A DNA stretch of 64,000 bases, from positions 12,201-76,200 of the IMG/VR virus record IMGVR_UViG_3300035507_000199; one strand, written 5' to 3'. Below the pieces are notes generated by a model that made no database searches, was not told the DNA's origin, and saw nothing but the letters and a program-made list of their open reading frames with translations. Made by a program: the position numbers and the translations under genes. Positions within the stretch are counted from its first letter, which is position 1; each line of letters opens with the position of its first letter. This document shows, in pieces, positions 1 through 10,600 of this stretch. Origin of the DNA: a virus (lineage: Duplodnaviria; Caudoviricetes).

Positions 1-3000
1 AGTTACCTTGATTCAACCAAGAATCAATATATTCCAAACGATTTGTTAAGAACTGCTGTCTACTTAAGGAACGATCTCCTTGTAATGCATAGAAGTAAGT
101 TCCATTTGCATCGTATGTATAATCTCCAGTTGTGTTACTTGCGATATGACCTGTAACTCCATTCTGGTAACTAGAACTATTACAAATTGTAATATATTTA
201 TAATACTCATCCAAGTTAGTAGCAATTAAAGGTCTTTCTCCTAATTTAGCAAAACTTTGAATCTTCTTAGCATTGTTATTAGTTGTCATAACCTCTTCAC
301 TACAATAAGGATTAGTTGTATACCAATTCTCAATTCTATCTACACTATAGAATGGTGCGTGCTCAAGTTTTGTCCAAGAAACTCCATCTGTAACACCTTT
401 AAGATGTTTATATTTCATAACGATATAAGAATCTTTGAAATATTTATAGAAGTTATTCCAAAGGACACTATCTGATGTAGAGAAGTTTCCATCTTCTGTT
501 GCATCCACGTTATACTCGAATGAAGGAATACCAGTATTGTTAATACCTAACTGAGTATCAAGATCATAGAAGATTGGATACCAGATGTAATCTCCACCGG
601 CTTTTTGTGGACCCCAAGAAGCCATCATACAGTTCTTTCCACGAGAGTCATAACATTCCATAACCTCAGTAGCTACGAAATAAGTTGCTACATATTCAAT
701 ATCAAAGTGAGAAGATAATTCATAAACGAATTTATCTGCACGATATTCTTTTGTATCAAACTTATAAACATGTTTACCATAAGTAACATCTTTTCCGATA
801 TAATACTTACCAGGTTCATAAGTATCTTCTGTTACTTCAACTACCTTAGTAGCTAAGTCAGAACCAGTTACAGAACCATCATAAATATAATATGTCTGGC
901 TTGGATCAAATGTTTCATCATTGCAAACTTCAACAAGTCTATCTGCGATTTTAGCTAATTCTTCATCACTGAAATCAATTAACTTGTAATATGTTTCAGA
1001 TTCATCAAATTCACTAGTTTCACCAGATAATACGTATTCATCATTAACGATTGTATAGAATGTACTTACCTTGAATAAATTCTCTGATGAACAAGCATGC
1101 GCGTTCACATAAGATCCATCATCAGATTGTGAATAATATGTTAAAGAATCATCGCATTCTTTTGCAGTTGAAATAACATAATCGTTTTCTGTTTCATCAT
1201 AGATATAGAATTTATTAGGTTGATAGAGCTGTGTTCCTACGTTAGTTTCAACGTAATTACCTTGACTCTTTACATTTTCAGTACAGGTTGACCATACCCA
1301 TTTAACAGCTTTTTCCCAGTTGCTGTATAAGTCTAATAGTAATTCTTGTCCATCTGTTGGATTCTGTTTAATGTAGTAGTCTGGGAAACTCTCATTAACT
1401 GTTTTTTCATCTTCATCAGATGCAGAACTTAAAGCAACAAGAATATCAAGAATGTCATCATTTGCATTATAACGATATTCAAAACTATCGGCAACTACTG
1501 GCGCATTAGCTGAAGTGAAACCACTACTTCCTGCGGTATCTGGAGCTTTGAAGGATAATTCTCTTCTTCCCCAAGGATCTCTGAATGAACAGAATCCACG
1601 AGCGTTATTTTCAAATTCCCAACATTCAGCTTTCTTACTAATTGCTTTATTCTTTAAGAATTTCTGTGTAAGAGTTTTATCTGGTTTAAATCCATAAACT
1701 TCATCAGATCCTTTATCCAGAAGCATGTTATACATACCAATGTACTGATAGGTTCCATCTGATTTCTTATGGAAAGCTAAAACTCTATAACCTGTAATAC
1801 AAGTTCTATAATCATCAAGATCTGTAAATGTATAATCCTCATATTTTGGATTAGATACATAATAATTAGTAACATTACTTGCATCTACTGTATCTTTTGT
1901 CTTAGAATACTTATTAGAAGATGCATCATACTGATAATATGTTTCGTCCTCTTTAAAGCTTGTAGCTTTATCATAATTTTCAACTTGCTTCTGGAATGCT
2001 CCTGCATCGTTGTAATCTTTTAGAGGATGCTTAGAATAACCATTATGGATTAAGCTTGTAAAGCCCATATTGTAAGTTCCAGAAGACTCCATGTAGTCAA
2101 TCTTCATAGTGAACTTAGTTGTACCATTTGTATAGTTATCCATGTAGAAGAATTTCTGACGAGTATTCTCTGAATCTTCTGCATAATCTGCCGCGAATGG
2201 ACCTTTATGTAAGAAGATATGAATTCTATCTACACCATCTTTATCTGTATTCTTAGTCTTTAATTTATAGTTACGTCTTGGATAGAACTCTGAAGATGTT
2301 CCTTGAACAGCCATGCTGATATTATCGCCAATGAAGCTTGGGCAATGATGCTGATAATATTTTTTAACAGCTGCTTCTTTTTCTTCTGCGCTAGAATTAG
2401 CGGTACATAAACCATCTTCAATAGCATATTTCTCTAATTCACCATTAGCATATGCTCTATCAAGACCAGTATTAATGAATTCCACGCCAATATTAATCTT
2501 AGTTTTCTTAGAATAAGAAAGCTTATCATTATTTCCAGTTGCGCTTGTATCAAAAATGATATAAGGCATTAAAGGAGCACTTGGATGTTCATCATTATAC
2601 TTAATCATGTTATCATATTTAAACTGATACTCATGAATTGCAGTATTTTCTTCTGCAAGTTTATTTTGATCGTAAATAGTTACATTTTTTAAATCTACTG
2701 AGTAGTTAGTAACAATATCATTTACATTTAAGTCTGTATTATAAACTCTAATTTTGTATAAGTCAATATCGCAATAATTAGAATTAAATACAATTTTATT
2801 TGAGTTAATTGTGAATAGACCGATTGTTGATTTAATAACACCAGTTAGAACACCATTAATATAAATATACATCATCTGGTCGCTACCATGAGAGTATACC
2901 ATAGAAATATTGATTAACTGATCCTCAACATAACTTACGTTTACAGTATTTGTTCCATTAGAGAAGAATGCATCTTGCGGTCCAAGACAGATTCCTACAG

Positions 3001-4891
3001 CTCCACTTTCGTCACCTGAGTAATAACTACAAGCAACTCGATTTAAGCTAATCTCTTTCTGAACTCTACTAAACTCAAGATCATCATAATCTACCTGTTG
3101 ATCTTCACTTACAGTTGCATTGTAAAGAGGAAGGTAATAATGAAGGAATGAATCGTAGTTAGTGTAGTAAGACTGCGCCTTAAATGCTGTATAGAATTTA
3201 TCATCACCATTGTAACGTGTTACATTATGAATCAAGCTTGAGTAATCCTGTACATTACGAACTCTGAATTGAATTTCAATAGAGTTAGACTGTTTAGAAA
3301 TATCAGTTGAACCATAAGTTAATGTTCCAATAGGAATAGAAAATTCTGCTCCATTGCTAATACGTAAACAAGTATTATTATCATCATCAAGAACCCAACC
3401 ATTGTTATACCAGTTGAAATCTTTAAATGTAGCTTTAATAGAGCCATCATCAGTAGTCCATGTCTCACGATTAACTGCGGATTCACTATTTGAACGACCT
3501 TTTGCGTCAAAGTTCAATTTCAAGGACTCTTGTTTAACAACTTCCATTGTTCTGTTCGGGTCTTGAACTACAGTAAAGGTAATATCTCTTGTTGTGTCGC
3601 CGCAAGAAATAGAATATCTATTTACCATATCCAAATCTGCATCTGCGATTTCGAAGATATTCCAAGAGCTCATTGTAGTAGTATCAATATCACGAGGAGA
3701 ACTTGCGATTTCTTTACCATTCTTTCTTAATACGATGTGCGCAGAAGCTGTGCTTGAAGGATCGTATACTAAGAATGGAATTTGAATTGTATCATAATTA
3801 TAATACTCTTCATTATAAGTTCCCAACCAAATTACCGGATCTGTATTGCCTGTTGCGAATACACCTATTTCAAATTCTATTGGATCTACCATCAATCCTC
3901 TAGACCATGTATTACTTACTACAATGGCTTGATATAATTCAATACGAACTGAATGATAACCATGGGTTGCATAACTAGAACTTACAGTATAACTCTGGAA
4001 GTTTTCAGATGAAGAAGTTAATTTTTTAGATTCAACTAAAGTTCCATCAAAATAGAAATCAAGAATTTTATTCATGCTTCCGATTGCATTACACTGTAAC
4101 TTAACATTATCTGGTGTATAACGTGCGGTTGCTGAGAAGTTCTGAGACTGGGTTAATGATAATTGTCCAGTAACAACATCAACGCTCTTAGAAGCACTCT
4201 CACCACTATTAATACCAGTAGCATACATAGTTAAACGAGATGATGTTGATTCTCTTAATTTTTCACCCAATTCAAATTCTGTTAATTCACCAGAGTTAAC
4301 ATCCATTTGGCCTTCACTATATTTAATATAAGTTGAATCAACTTTTTCATATAGAGTCCAATGAACTATTAATTTATCATCCATAACAGAGCCATCATAA
4401 TCAACTCCAGAATTTGCAGTAAAGTATACTCCGAAAGACTGACCATTAATTAGATTACTTGTTGATAATGGCTGAATGGTAATACCAATTTTTTTAGATA
4501 AACTAGATGTACCACCGCTACCTGATCCACCACTTCCGCTTACCGCAAGAACTGCACAAAGCATAGACCGTGAATCAGAATCCGCTTCCATAACTCGATA
4601 AAAAATTCCATCTTTATTTAAGATAAGATCTCCTTCTTTTGGAGTTACATCATCCTCAAGATCATCAAAACTCAAAGTATAAAAACCTTGTTCATCTGGA
4701 CTAATAGTATCAGCTTTACCATATAATAAAGCAACTCCACTACCACCCATAGAAATACGAGTATTTTGATCTAAGTCTAAATAAATTTTTCCGGTATCAG
4801 TTGCAAAATAAACATATCCTGGCGTTTTAGCAGCGCTTAAGATTTGCTCTTCTGTACCGTTGACCGGTCTAAATTTAGTCTTATCTGTCAT
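1..4891 (-). CDS. Giant tail-associated protein (3'-truncated at window edge, >1600 aa) with LamG/ConA-like and CotH-kinase-like domains
   Basis: Not in ORF track because it runs off the edge. ATG at 4891 with AAAGGAG RBS; read by hand as open to position 2 (MTDKTKFRPVNGTEEQ...NRLEYIDSWLNQGN). LamG-like motif MYIYINGVL..DIDLYKIRVYNTDL at ~2720-2880. CotH-like motifs VQGTSSEFYPRRNYKL, YIGMYNMLLDK, DSRGKN, WYPIFYDLDTQLG. Confidence 0.8.
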   Translation of the reverse strand, partial: MTDKTKFRPVNGTEEQILSAAKTPGYVYFATDTGKIYLDLDQNTRISMGGSGVALLYGKADTISPDEQGFYTLSFDDLEDDVTPKEGDLILNKDGIFYRVMEADSDSRSMLCAVLAVSGSGGSGSGGTSSLSKKIGITIQPLSTSNLINGQSFGVYFTANSGVDYDGSVMDDKLIVHWTLYEKVDSTYIKYSEGQMDVNSGELTEFELGEKLRESTSSRLTMYATGINSGESASKSVDVVTGQLSLTQSQNFSATARYTPDNVKLQCNAIGSMNKILDFYFDGTLVESKKLTSSSENFQSYTVSSSYATHGYHSVRIELYQAIVVSNTWSRGLMVDPIEFEIGVFATGNTDPVIWLGTYNEEYYNYDTIQIPFLVYDPSSTASAHIVLRKNGKEIASSPRDIDTTTMSSWNIFEIADADLDMVNRYSISCGDTTRDITFTVVQDPNRTMEVVKQESLKLNFDAKGRSNSESAVNRETWTTDDGSIKATFKDFNWYNNGWVLDDDNNTCLRISNGAEFSIPIGTLTYGSTDISKQSNSIEIQFRVRNVQDYSSLIHNVTRYNGDDKFYTAFKAQSYYTNYDSFLHYYLPLYNATVSEDQQVDYDDLEFSRVQKEISLNRVACSYYSGDESGAVGICLGPQDAFFSNGTNTVNVSYVEDQLINISMVYSHGSDQMMYIYINGVLTGVIKSTIGLFTINSNKIVFNSNYCDIDLYKIRVYNTDLNVNDIVTNYSVDLKNVTIYDQNKLAEENTAIHEYQFKYDNMIKYNDEHPSAPLMPYIIFDTSATGNNDKLSYSKKTKINIGVEFINTGLDRAYANGELEKYAIEDGLCTANSSAEEKEAAVKKYYQHHCPSFIGDNISMAVQGTSSEFYPRRNYKLKTKNTDKDGVDRIHIFLHKGPFAADYAEDSENTRQKFFYMDNYTNGTTKFTMKIDYMESSGTYNMGFTSLIHNGYSKHPLKDYNDAGAFQKQVENYDKATSFKEDETYYQYDASSNKYSKTKDTVDASNVTNYYVSNPKYEDYTFTDLDDYRTCITGYRVLAFHKKSDGTYQYIGMYNMLLDKGSDEVYGFKPDKTLTQKFLKNKAISKKAECWEFENNARGFCSFRDPWGRRELSFKAPDTAGSSGFTSANAPVVADSFEYRYNANDDILDILVALSSASDEDEKTVNESFPDYYIKQNPTDGQELLLDLYSNWEKAVKWVWSTCTENVKSQGNYVETNVGTQLYQPNKFYIYDETENDYVISTAKECDDSLTYYSQSDDGSYVNAHACSSENLFKVSTFYTIVNDEYVLSGETSEFDESETYYKLIDFSDEELAKIADRLVEVCNDETFDPSQTYYIYDGSVTGSDLATKVVEVTEDTYEPGKYYIGKDVTYGKHVYKFDTKEYRADKFVYELSSHFDIEYVATYFVATEVMECYDSRGKNCMMASWGPQKAGGDYIWYPIFYDLDTQLGINNTGIPSFEYNVDATEDGNFSTSDSVLWNNFYKYFKDSYIVMKYKHLKGVTDGVSWTKLEHAPFYSVDRIENWYTTNPYCSEEVMTTNNNAKKIQSFAKLGERPLIATNLDEYYKYITICNSSSYQNGVTGHIASNTTGDYTYDANGTYFYALQGDRSLSRQQFLTNRLEYIDSWLNQGN

Positions 4892-4931
4892 ACGGATTTT
4901 ATTCTCCTTTCTATCATTATATATCATATAT

Positions 4932-4968
4932 AAAAAGAAAAAGCCGAAGAGAGATAATCTCTTCGGCT
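4932..4968 (-). terminator. Intrinsic terminator
   Basis: Stem AGCCGAAGAG/CTCTTCGGCT followed by a U-tract on the minus strand. Confidence 0.75.
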
Positions 4969-5011
4969 CCTCATCTCTCTAATTGATCTAAAAATTAAAA
5001 ATTATAGATTA

Positions 5012-6679
5012 TTAGAAACTGCCCCAAACCATATCAATTTGTAGACCTGATCTTGCTGTAGAGCTTGATGAACTTTCACCAATAGTATCATTATCAGTAA
5101 TAGCTAAACTACTACTAACAATATTTACATAAGCTGTTCCAGTAGTTGTTGCGCCAAGGCTATCATTTAATTTAATTTCAGTCTTAACATTACCAACATT
5201 TGTTCCACTTTTTGTGAAAGCTGTAGTTGTAACTGCTGGAGTACCCATAGATGCATTAGTATCTTTTAATGTGTAGTTTGTTGTTTGAACTGCGGTTACG
5301 TGTCCAGTTTCATCAGATGTTACTCCTGTAACGACCGGAATAGTGATTGAACCTTTCGCAGTTTGTGTTTTTGCATCACCAGTAGTATCAGTACGAGTTG
5401 TATTCGCGTGAGTTACTGTGATAGTCTGAGAAAGTGGATCAGTTGTACTATTATTACCGCTTACTGTCATCTTAGTGCCAGAAACTACTTTAACAGTACC
5501 AACACTTCCACCAGTACTAGCTTTTAAGGTAAATCCTGCACCATTAGTTACAGATTCATTAACTAAACGATAAGTTGTATCTGTATCATTTGTGGCTTCA
5601 ACAACATCATAAGTTAATTTGGAAGCATCAATATAGCCACTACTATTTTCTGTTCCATCTGTACTACGTGCAATTAATAAAGCACCTTTAGTTAATTTTG
5701 CAGAACCATATACTAGATCGCTACAAACTAAGAAAGTGTCTCCAATAGATACGCTAGAGGTTGGTACTGATGTACCTGCAGTACCATCAACACCTATAGT
5801 ACCTTTATATGTCATTGCATTAAGGGCTTTCATTGTATCATCAATTTCACCCTTAGTATAGATATCTAAAGTAGCTGTACCACTTTCAAATTCAACTGTA
5901 ACTGGTGTTTTACCGTATTTAATAATTGGAGAAAATGTTCCTTCAACTTTTGCTCCAGTAGAATCTTTTACAGATACTTTAAAACCTTTAGTTTCGTTAG
6001 AAACTGTTACAGATGAGTTCGTAGTATCTTTTGCGGCAATAGTTACAGTTTTATTTGTAGAATCATTTGTTAAAGTAACATTAGAACCTTGTTTTAAAGT
6101 TACTTTAGTATCATTATCAGTATTAGCTGAATCAAGTTTAATGTCAACTTCACCAGTATTTGTACCTGCGGCATTTGATAAAGTATATTTATCTCCTGTG
6201 ATAGTTAACGCAGATCCGGTCCCAGTGATTTTAATTCCATCTTTTCCTGTTACTGTGAAACTAGCTGGTTTACTAGCTCCATCGCTGCTCTTAATAGTAT
6301 GTGTAACGGTACCAACATCATTTGAAGCACTTACAGTAGCTGTGTGTTCAGATACTGTAGTATTTGTATTTGAGTTAATTTGAACCCATTCAGATCCGTT
6401 ATATACACATAAAATATTAGAATCAGAAACATAATAGAATCTACCAGTATTTGCAACTTTATCTGTTGCAGTTGTAAGACTTGGTAAATTACTAATACTA
6501 GCAACAGTTACGACACCTTCATTAACAGGAACTAGGGAAGTATCAGCTTTACCAATATATAGACGATTAGTATCTGAGGTTAAATAAAAACTACCTTCTA
6601 CGGCACCCGCACTGGTACCAGCAGCAATAAGTTCATCAACCTTAGATTGTAGACCAAGTTTAAAACCTACATTAGCCAT
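5012..6679 (-). CDS. Putative tail fibre / tail-associated protein (555 aa)
   Basis: Thr/Ser/Gly-rich beta-type sequence; N-terminal GSFYLTSDTNRLYIG motif; SDETGHV fibre-type motif; located in tail module. Confidence 0.65.
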   Translation of the reverse strand: MANVGFKLGLQSKVDELIAAGTSAGAVEGSFYLTSDTNRLYIGKADTSLVPVNEGVVTVASISNLPSLTTATDKVANTGRFYYVSDSNILCVYNGSEWVQINSNTNTTVSEHTATVSASNDVGTVTHTIKSSDGASKPASFTVTGKDGIKITGTGSALTITGDKYTLSNAAGTNTGEVDIKLDSANTDNDTKVTLKQGSNVTLTNDSTNKTVTIAAKDTTNSSVTVSNETKGFKVSVKDSTGAKVEGTFSPIIKYGKTPVTVEFESGTATLDIYTKGEIDDTMKALNAMTYKGTIGVDGTAGTSVPTSSVSIGDTFLVCSDLVYGSAKLTKGALLIARSTDGTENSSGYIDASKLTYDVVEATNDTDTTYRLVNESVTNGAGFTLKASTGGSVGTVKVVSGTKMTVSGNNSTTDPLSQTITVTHANTTRTDTTGDAKTQTAKGSITIPVVTGVTSDETGHVTAVQTTNYTLKDTNASMGTPAVTTTAFTKSGTNVGNVKTEIKLNDSLGATTTGTAYVNIVSSSLAITDNDTIGESSSSSTARSGLQIDMVWGSF

Positions 6680-6701
6680 ATATTTTTACTCCTCTCATTT
6701 T

Positions 6702-7556
6702 TTATTCTTCTTCAACTAAGTCTTGCCATTTTAATCTTTCATCAATAGCATCAACTCGTTTATCTAAGTCATCAAATTCTTCACTTAGATTTCCAATAGT
6801 GGTTTGTAAAACACTAAAGTTGGCAACCAGACCTGGATTGTCATCTGTGCCATCTCCATATAATTCCACTTTTAAATTGGATGTAATAGCGACTAAACCT
6901 TCAGTCTCATCATTTCCATTAACAATTAAATCTAAACTCTCAACTTTTTTAAGAATATTAGATAAATCACTAACTTCTTCATGCTCTGAAATCCAATCCG
7001 AAATTTCTTTTAAAGTATCAAAATCCTCTGGCGCATTCGCCACGATTTTTGCAACTTCAGAAGCAGCTATTTCTCGAATTGTTTTGCCAGTATCACTGCC
7101 AATTAATCCATTTATAGTTGCGGTCAATGTTGATGTAGGATCAGCCCATTCTCCATTTCCTTGTAAGAATAATGTTTCTTGACCGGCTTTAGGAGTGGGA
7201 ACTAATCCAGATTGGCCATCTGTTGTAGAAGTGGCTCCTCGCATTACTGAAACTACATCATAAAGAATAGAAGTTAATGGTTTATTTTCCCATTTTCCAG
7301 TTGTATCATTATAAACAATAACTGAATTTCCAGGAATTGTTGTAGCAAGTGCCACATCTGATAAATCTTTTAAAGAAGAAGAACCAGAAATGGATCCACT
7401 AATTAACTTTTCTCCAAGGTATAGTTTTCCAGTAGTAGCATCTGTCTCAGAAATAAAATAAAGAGTATCTTTATCTTTCTCAGTCAGGCTATTCCAAGCT
7501 TCAGGAGTTCCACGTAAAAATTTTACATATCCAGTATATTTAGGTACATATGCCAA
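6702..7556 (-). CDS. Putative tail fibre-associated protein (284 aa)
   Basis: TTG start with AAAGGAGG RBS; N-terminal KFLRGT..LYFISE..GKLYLG; GLVPTPKAG..FLQGNGEW and APEDFDTLKEISDWI motifs common in phage fibre proteins; C-terminal coiled coil. Confidence 0.6.
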   Translation of the reverse strand: MAYVPKYTGYVKFLRGTPEAWNSLTEKDKDTLYFISETDATTGKLYLGEKLISGSISGSSSLKDLSDVALATTIPGNSVIVYNDTTGKWENKPLTSILYDVVSVMRGATSTTDGQSGLVPTPKAGQETLFLQGNGEWADPTSTLTATINGLIGSDTGKTIREIAASEVAKIVANAPEDFDTLKEISDWISEHEEVSDLSNILKKVESLDLIVNGNDETEGLVAITSNLKVELYGDGTDDNPGLVANFSVLQTTIGNLSEEFDDLDKRVDAIDERLKWQDLVEEE

Positions 7557-7618
7557 AATATTTTCCTCCTTTACTGCTCTCTCCTAATAATTATTAAAAC
7601 TAAAGCTTATAAATTAAA

Positions 7619-7646
7619 TAAGCCTGACCAATGATGGTCAGGCTTA
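7619..7646 (-). terminator. Hairpin / probable terminator
   Basis: Perfect 12-bp stem TAAGCCTGACCA/TGGTCAGGCTTA just after the stop of 7654..13359. Confidence 0.65.
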
Positions 7647-7653
7647 ATAATTT

Positions 7654-10600
7654 TTATTCTTCTTCTGTTTCTTCCACTTCTTCTTCTGTTGATAATTTTA
7701 ATTCTAATTCTTGTATTCTTTGTTCAAGAGAATAAACTTTTTTAAATAACCATTCGATTGTTGTTTTTGGCTCATTATTTTCAGGATTATCAGAATCACT
7801 ATCTTCAAGATTCTCAGATTCATCATCATTAAGATTCTCAGATTCATTATTTTCGAGATTCTCCGATTCGCTATCTTCAAGATCTTCAAATTCACTATAA
7901 TCAAATACTGCATCTGAAGCAATAAAATCTTCAATATCTTTTGAAACAATAGTTCCTAATCCTTCAATCGGTTGATAAGTATTTTCAATTTCTTTTTTTG
8001 TTAAATAATTTTCTACACTTTCAGAAGCCATTGTTCCAGTTGTGTCAATCTTACTTAATGGAATATTATCTGGAAGTTTTTCTACCGTTAATTGAGGAAT
8101 GTCTTCTACAAGTAAATCTCTAACTGATGCACTTACTATACCATCTTCTTGAGATACTGTTGCTATTATCTGGCCGGTTCCGGCTGAAACAGCCGTCTTA
8201 TCAAGATTTTGTATTGCTGTTTTTCTAGAATCAATTTCATCTAAAATAGCTTTTTCTAAAGAAGCTAATGCAGTATTTAATGAATCTGTATTAGATAATA
8301 AAGTTGCTCCAGAATAACTATGTGTAAACCCTGTAATTGATAAACTTCCAATGTAAGCTTTAGATTCTGCAAAAGCACCAGTAGAAGCAGTTAATGTTAA
8401 ATTAGTTACTACATTACCATTTTCATTATTTGATAAACTTAAAAGAGGAATTTTAACAGTATGATCTGCTAAATTTTTAACATGACCCATCTCATCAATT
8501 CCAATAGAAGGAACTTTAAAAGTTATTCCAAAATTAGGAGTTTGATCACTGGTATCTCCTTTTGAAGTAGAAGCAACTCCAGCACTTGCATGTCCAATAG
8601 TTAAAGTATCATTATTTGCATCAGCTTTTAATGTAATCCATCTATTGCCCGGATTAATAGTTAAAGTATCTGTAATACTATCAGCTACAATATTCCCAGC
8701 AGAACTTGAACTTTCAGTCGTTAATGAGCTTGCGCTTCCGATTGTAAAAGTTTTAAAACTATTTGGCAGAGTATAAGTACAAGTTGCTTTTGAGGTTATA
8801 TGTCCTGCATCATCATAAGATAAAGTAGGAATTGAAAAAGTGTTTCCACTTGCACTTGCATTAAAGTCTACTGTTGAAGTACTTGTGGTAATGGTATGAA
8901 TATCATGGGAGAATGTTAATGAATTTGTTGTTCCATCAACAGTATCAATTCTAATCCATTTATTACCAGAGTTTAATGTCAATGTATCTTGAGTATTATC
9001 TGCTTCAACTGTTGTAGTTGTTGGTGAAGTGGTTGCATTTATTTTCTTATTCTTATCTTCGTCATCTTCACGTCCATTAGTTTTAATATACTTAAAACCA
9101 TAAGGTAAAGTATAAGTATGAGGCTGATTATTTGTCGCATGACCAGCATTATCAAAAGCAATATCATTAATAATAATAGTATTTTGAATGACATTTTCTT
9201 TTAGATTGTTTAAGTTAGTTGTTAATTCATCAGTATTTATAGAATGAATTTCATGCCCAATAGTTAAAGTATCACTATCTACATTAGCTCCTAAAGTAAT
9301 CCATTTATTACCAGAATTAATAGTTAAAGTATCTGTAATACTATCAGCTACAATATCTCCTGCTAAATTTAAACTTTTATCAGTTAATGAACTTGTTCCG
9401 ATTGTAAAAGTTTTAAAACTATTTGGTAAAGTATAAGTACATTTTTCTTCTGAAGTTATATGTCCTGCATTATCATAGGATAAAGTAGAAACTGAAAAAG
9501 CGCTTTCAGTTTTATTAAAATCTATTTCTGAAGAGCTAGTAGCAATTTCTTCTTGCTGATAATGAGTTAATGTGATTTTTGGTTCATTAACACTACTGTC
9601 AATTATAAAAGGTAACCATTGATTAGTTTCAAATTTTGCGCTATGAAGTCTTCCATAATCGTCTACAATCATAATCTGACCAGGAACCATTTTATGGAAT
9701 CTTGCAATAATATCTTGTAAATAGTTAATACATCCATTTACAGTTCTAGTATCACGTGTTAAATCATCATCATATTCAAGCACTTGATTTGTCTTTAAAA
9801 TTAATCCATTTTGAGTATTAAGATTTTTTGCATAATCTTTTAATTTTACCATATCCCAAGCATCAGTTCTTTTTCCAAGAACTATTGTAGCTGGTACTTT
9901 TTTAGCCTCAAAATTCCAAATAGCTCCCTTGTTATAAGTTCCAGTTTCATCTTCCATAACATAAAGAGAATCTCGCTTATAAAGAGTTGTTTGATCTGAA
10001 ATTGTATCATCCTTAACTAAAGTATAATTATCTTCTCCATTTATCGTTTCTTTTTCATAATATTCATAAGGTTCATAAACATCTTTTAACTCTACCTTTT
10101 CAGCATCTATTAAAGTGAAATATGGAGCTCTATCTTCCATGTAAGATTTATTTGTTGCTAAAAGATAACTTCCATCACTTTCATAATGATAAACTCCAGA
10201 TTGATAAAATTCACTTTGTTGAGTAAAAGCTTTATCACTTTCTTCCAAATCTTCTTGTTTAATACTACCAGTTTCTTTATTATATCCTAATATGTAATAA
10301 GTAGTATCTTTTTTCGGATCGATATCTGTTTTTCTTACTACATCAAAGCTTTGTGATCCTGTAGATACTTCACTTGAATATGTATAAAAAAGACCATCTA
10401 CAAAAGAAATTAAGTTTAAAGGTTTTCCTAAATCTAGTACAATAGAGTTTGTTACTGGCTCTAATTTTTCAGTTTTTCGATAATATTGCTTTGATGCATC
10501 ATAAGGATCTGAAGATAATTTATATATATTATTATCATAAATATAATATAATCCGCTTATATAATTTGTTTCATCAACATCAATTTTTTCATATACAGTT

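Noticed and set aside
8594-9502. Repeat pair as a diversity-generating retroelement TR/VR
   Set aside because: Both copies are in-frame internal shaft repeats, differences are not adenine-specific, and no reverse transcriptase is in the window
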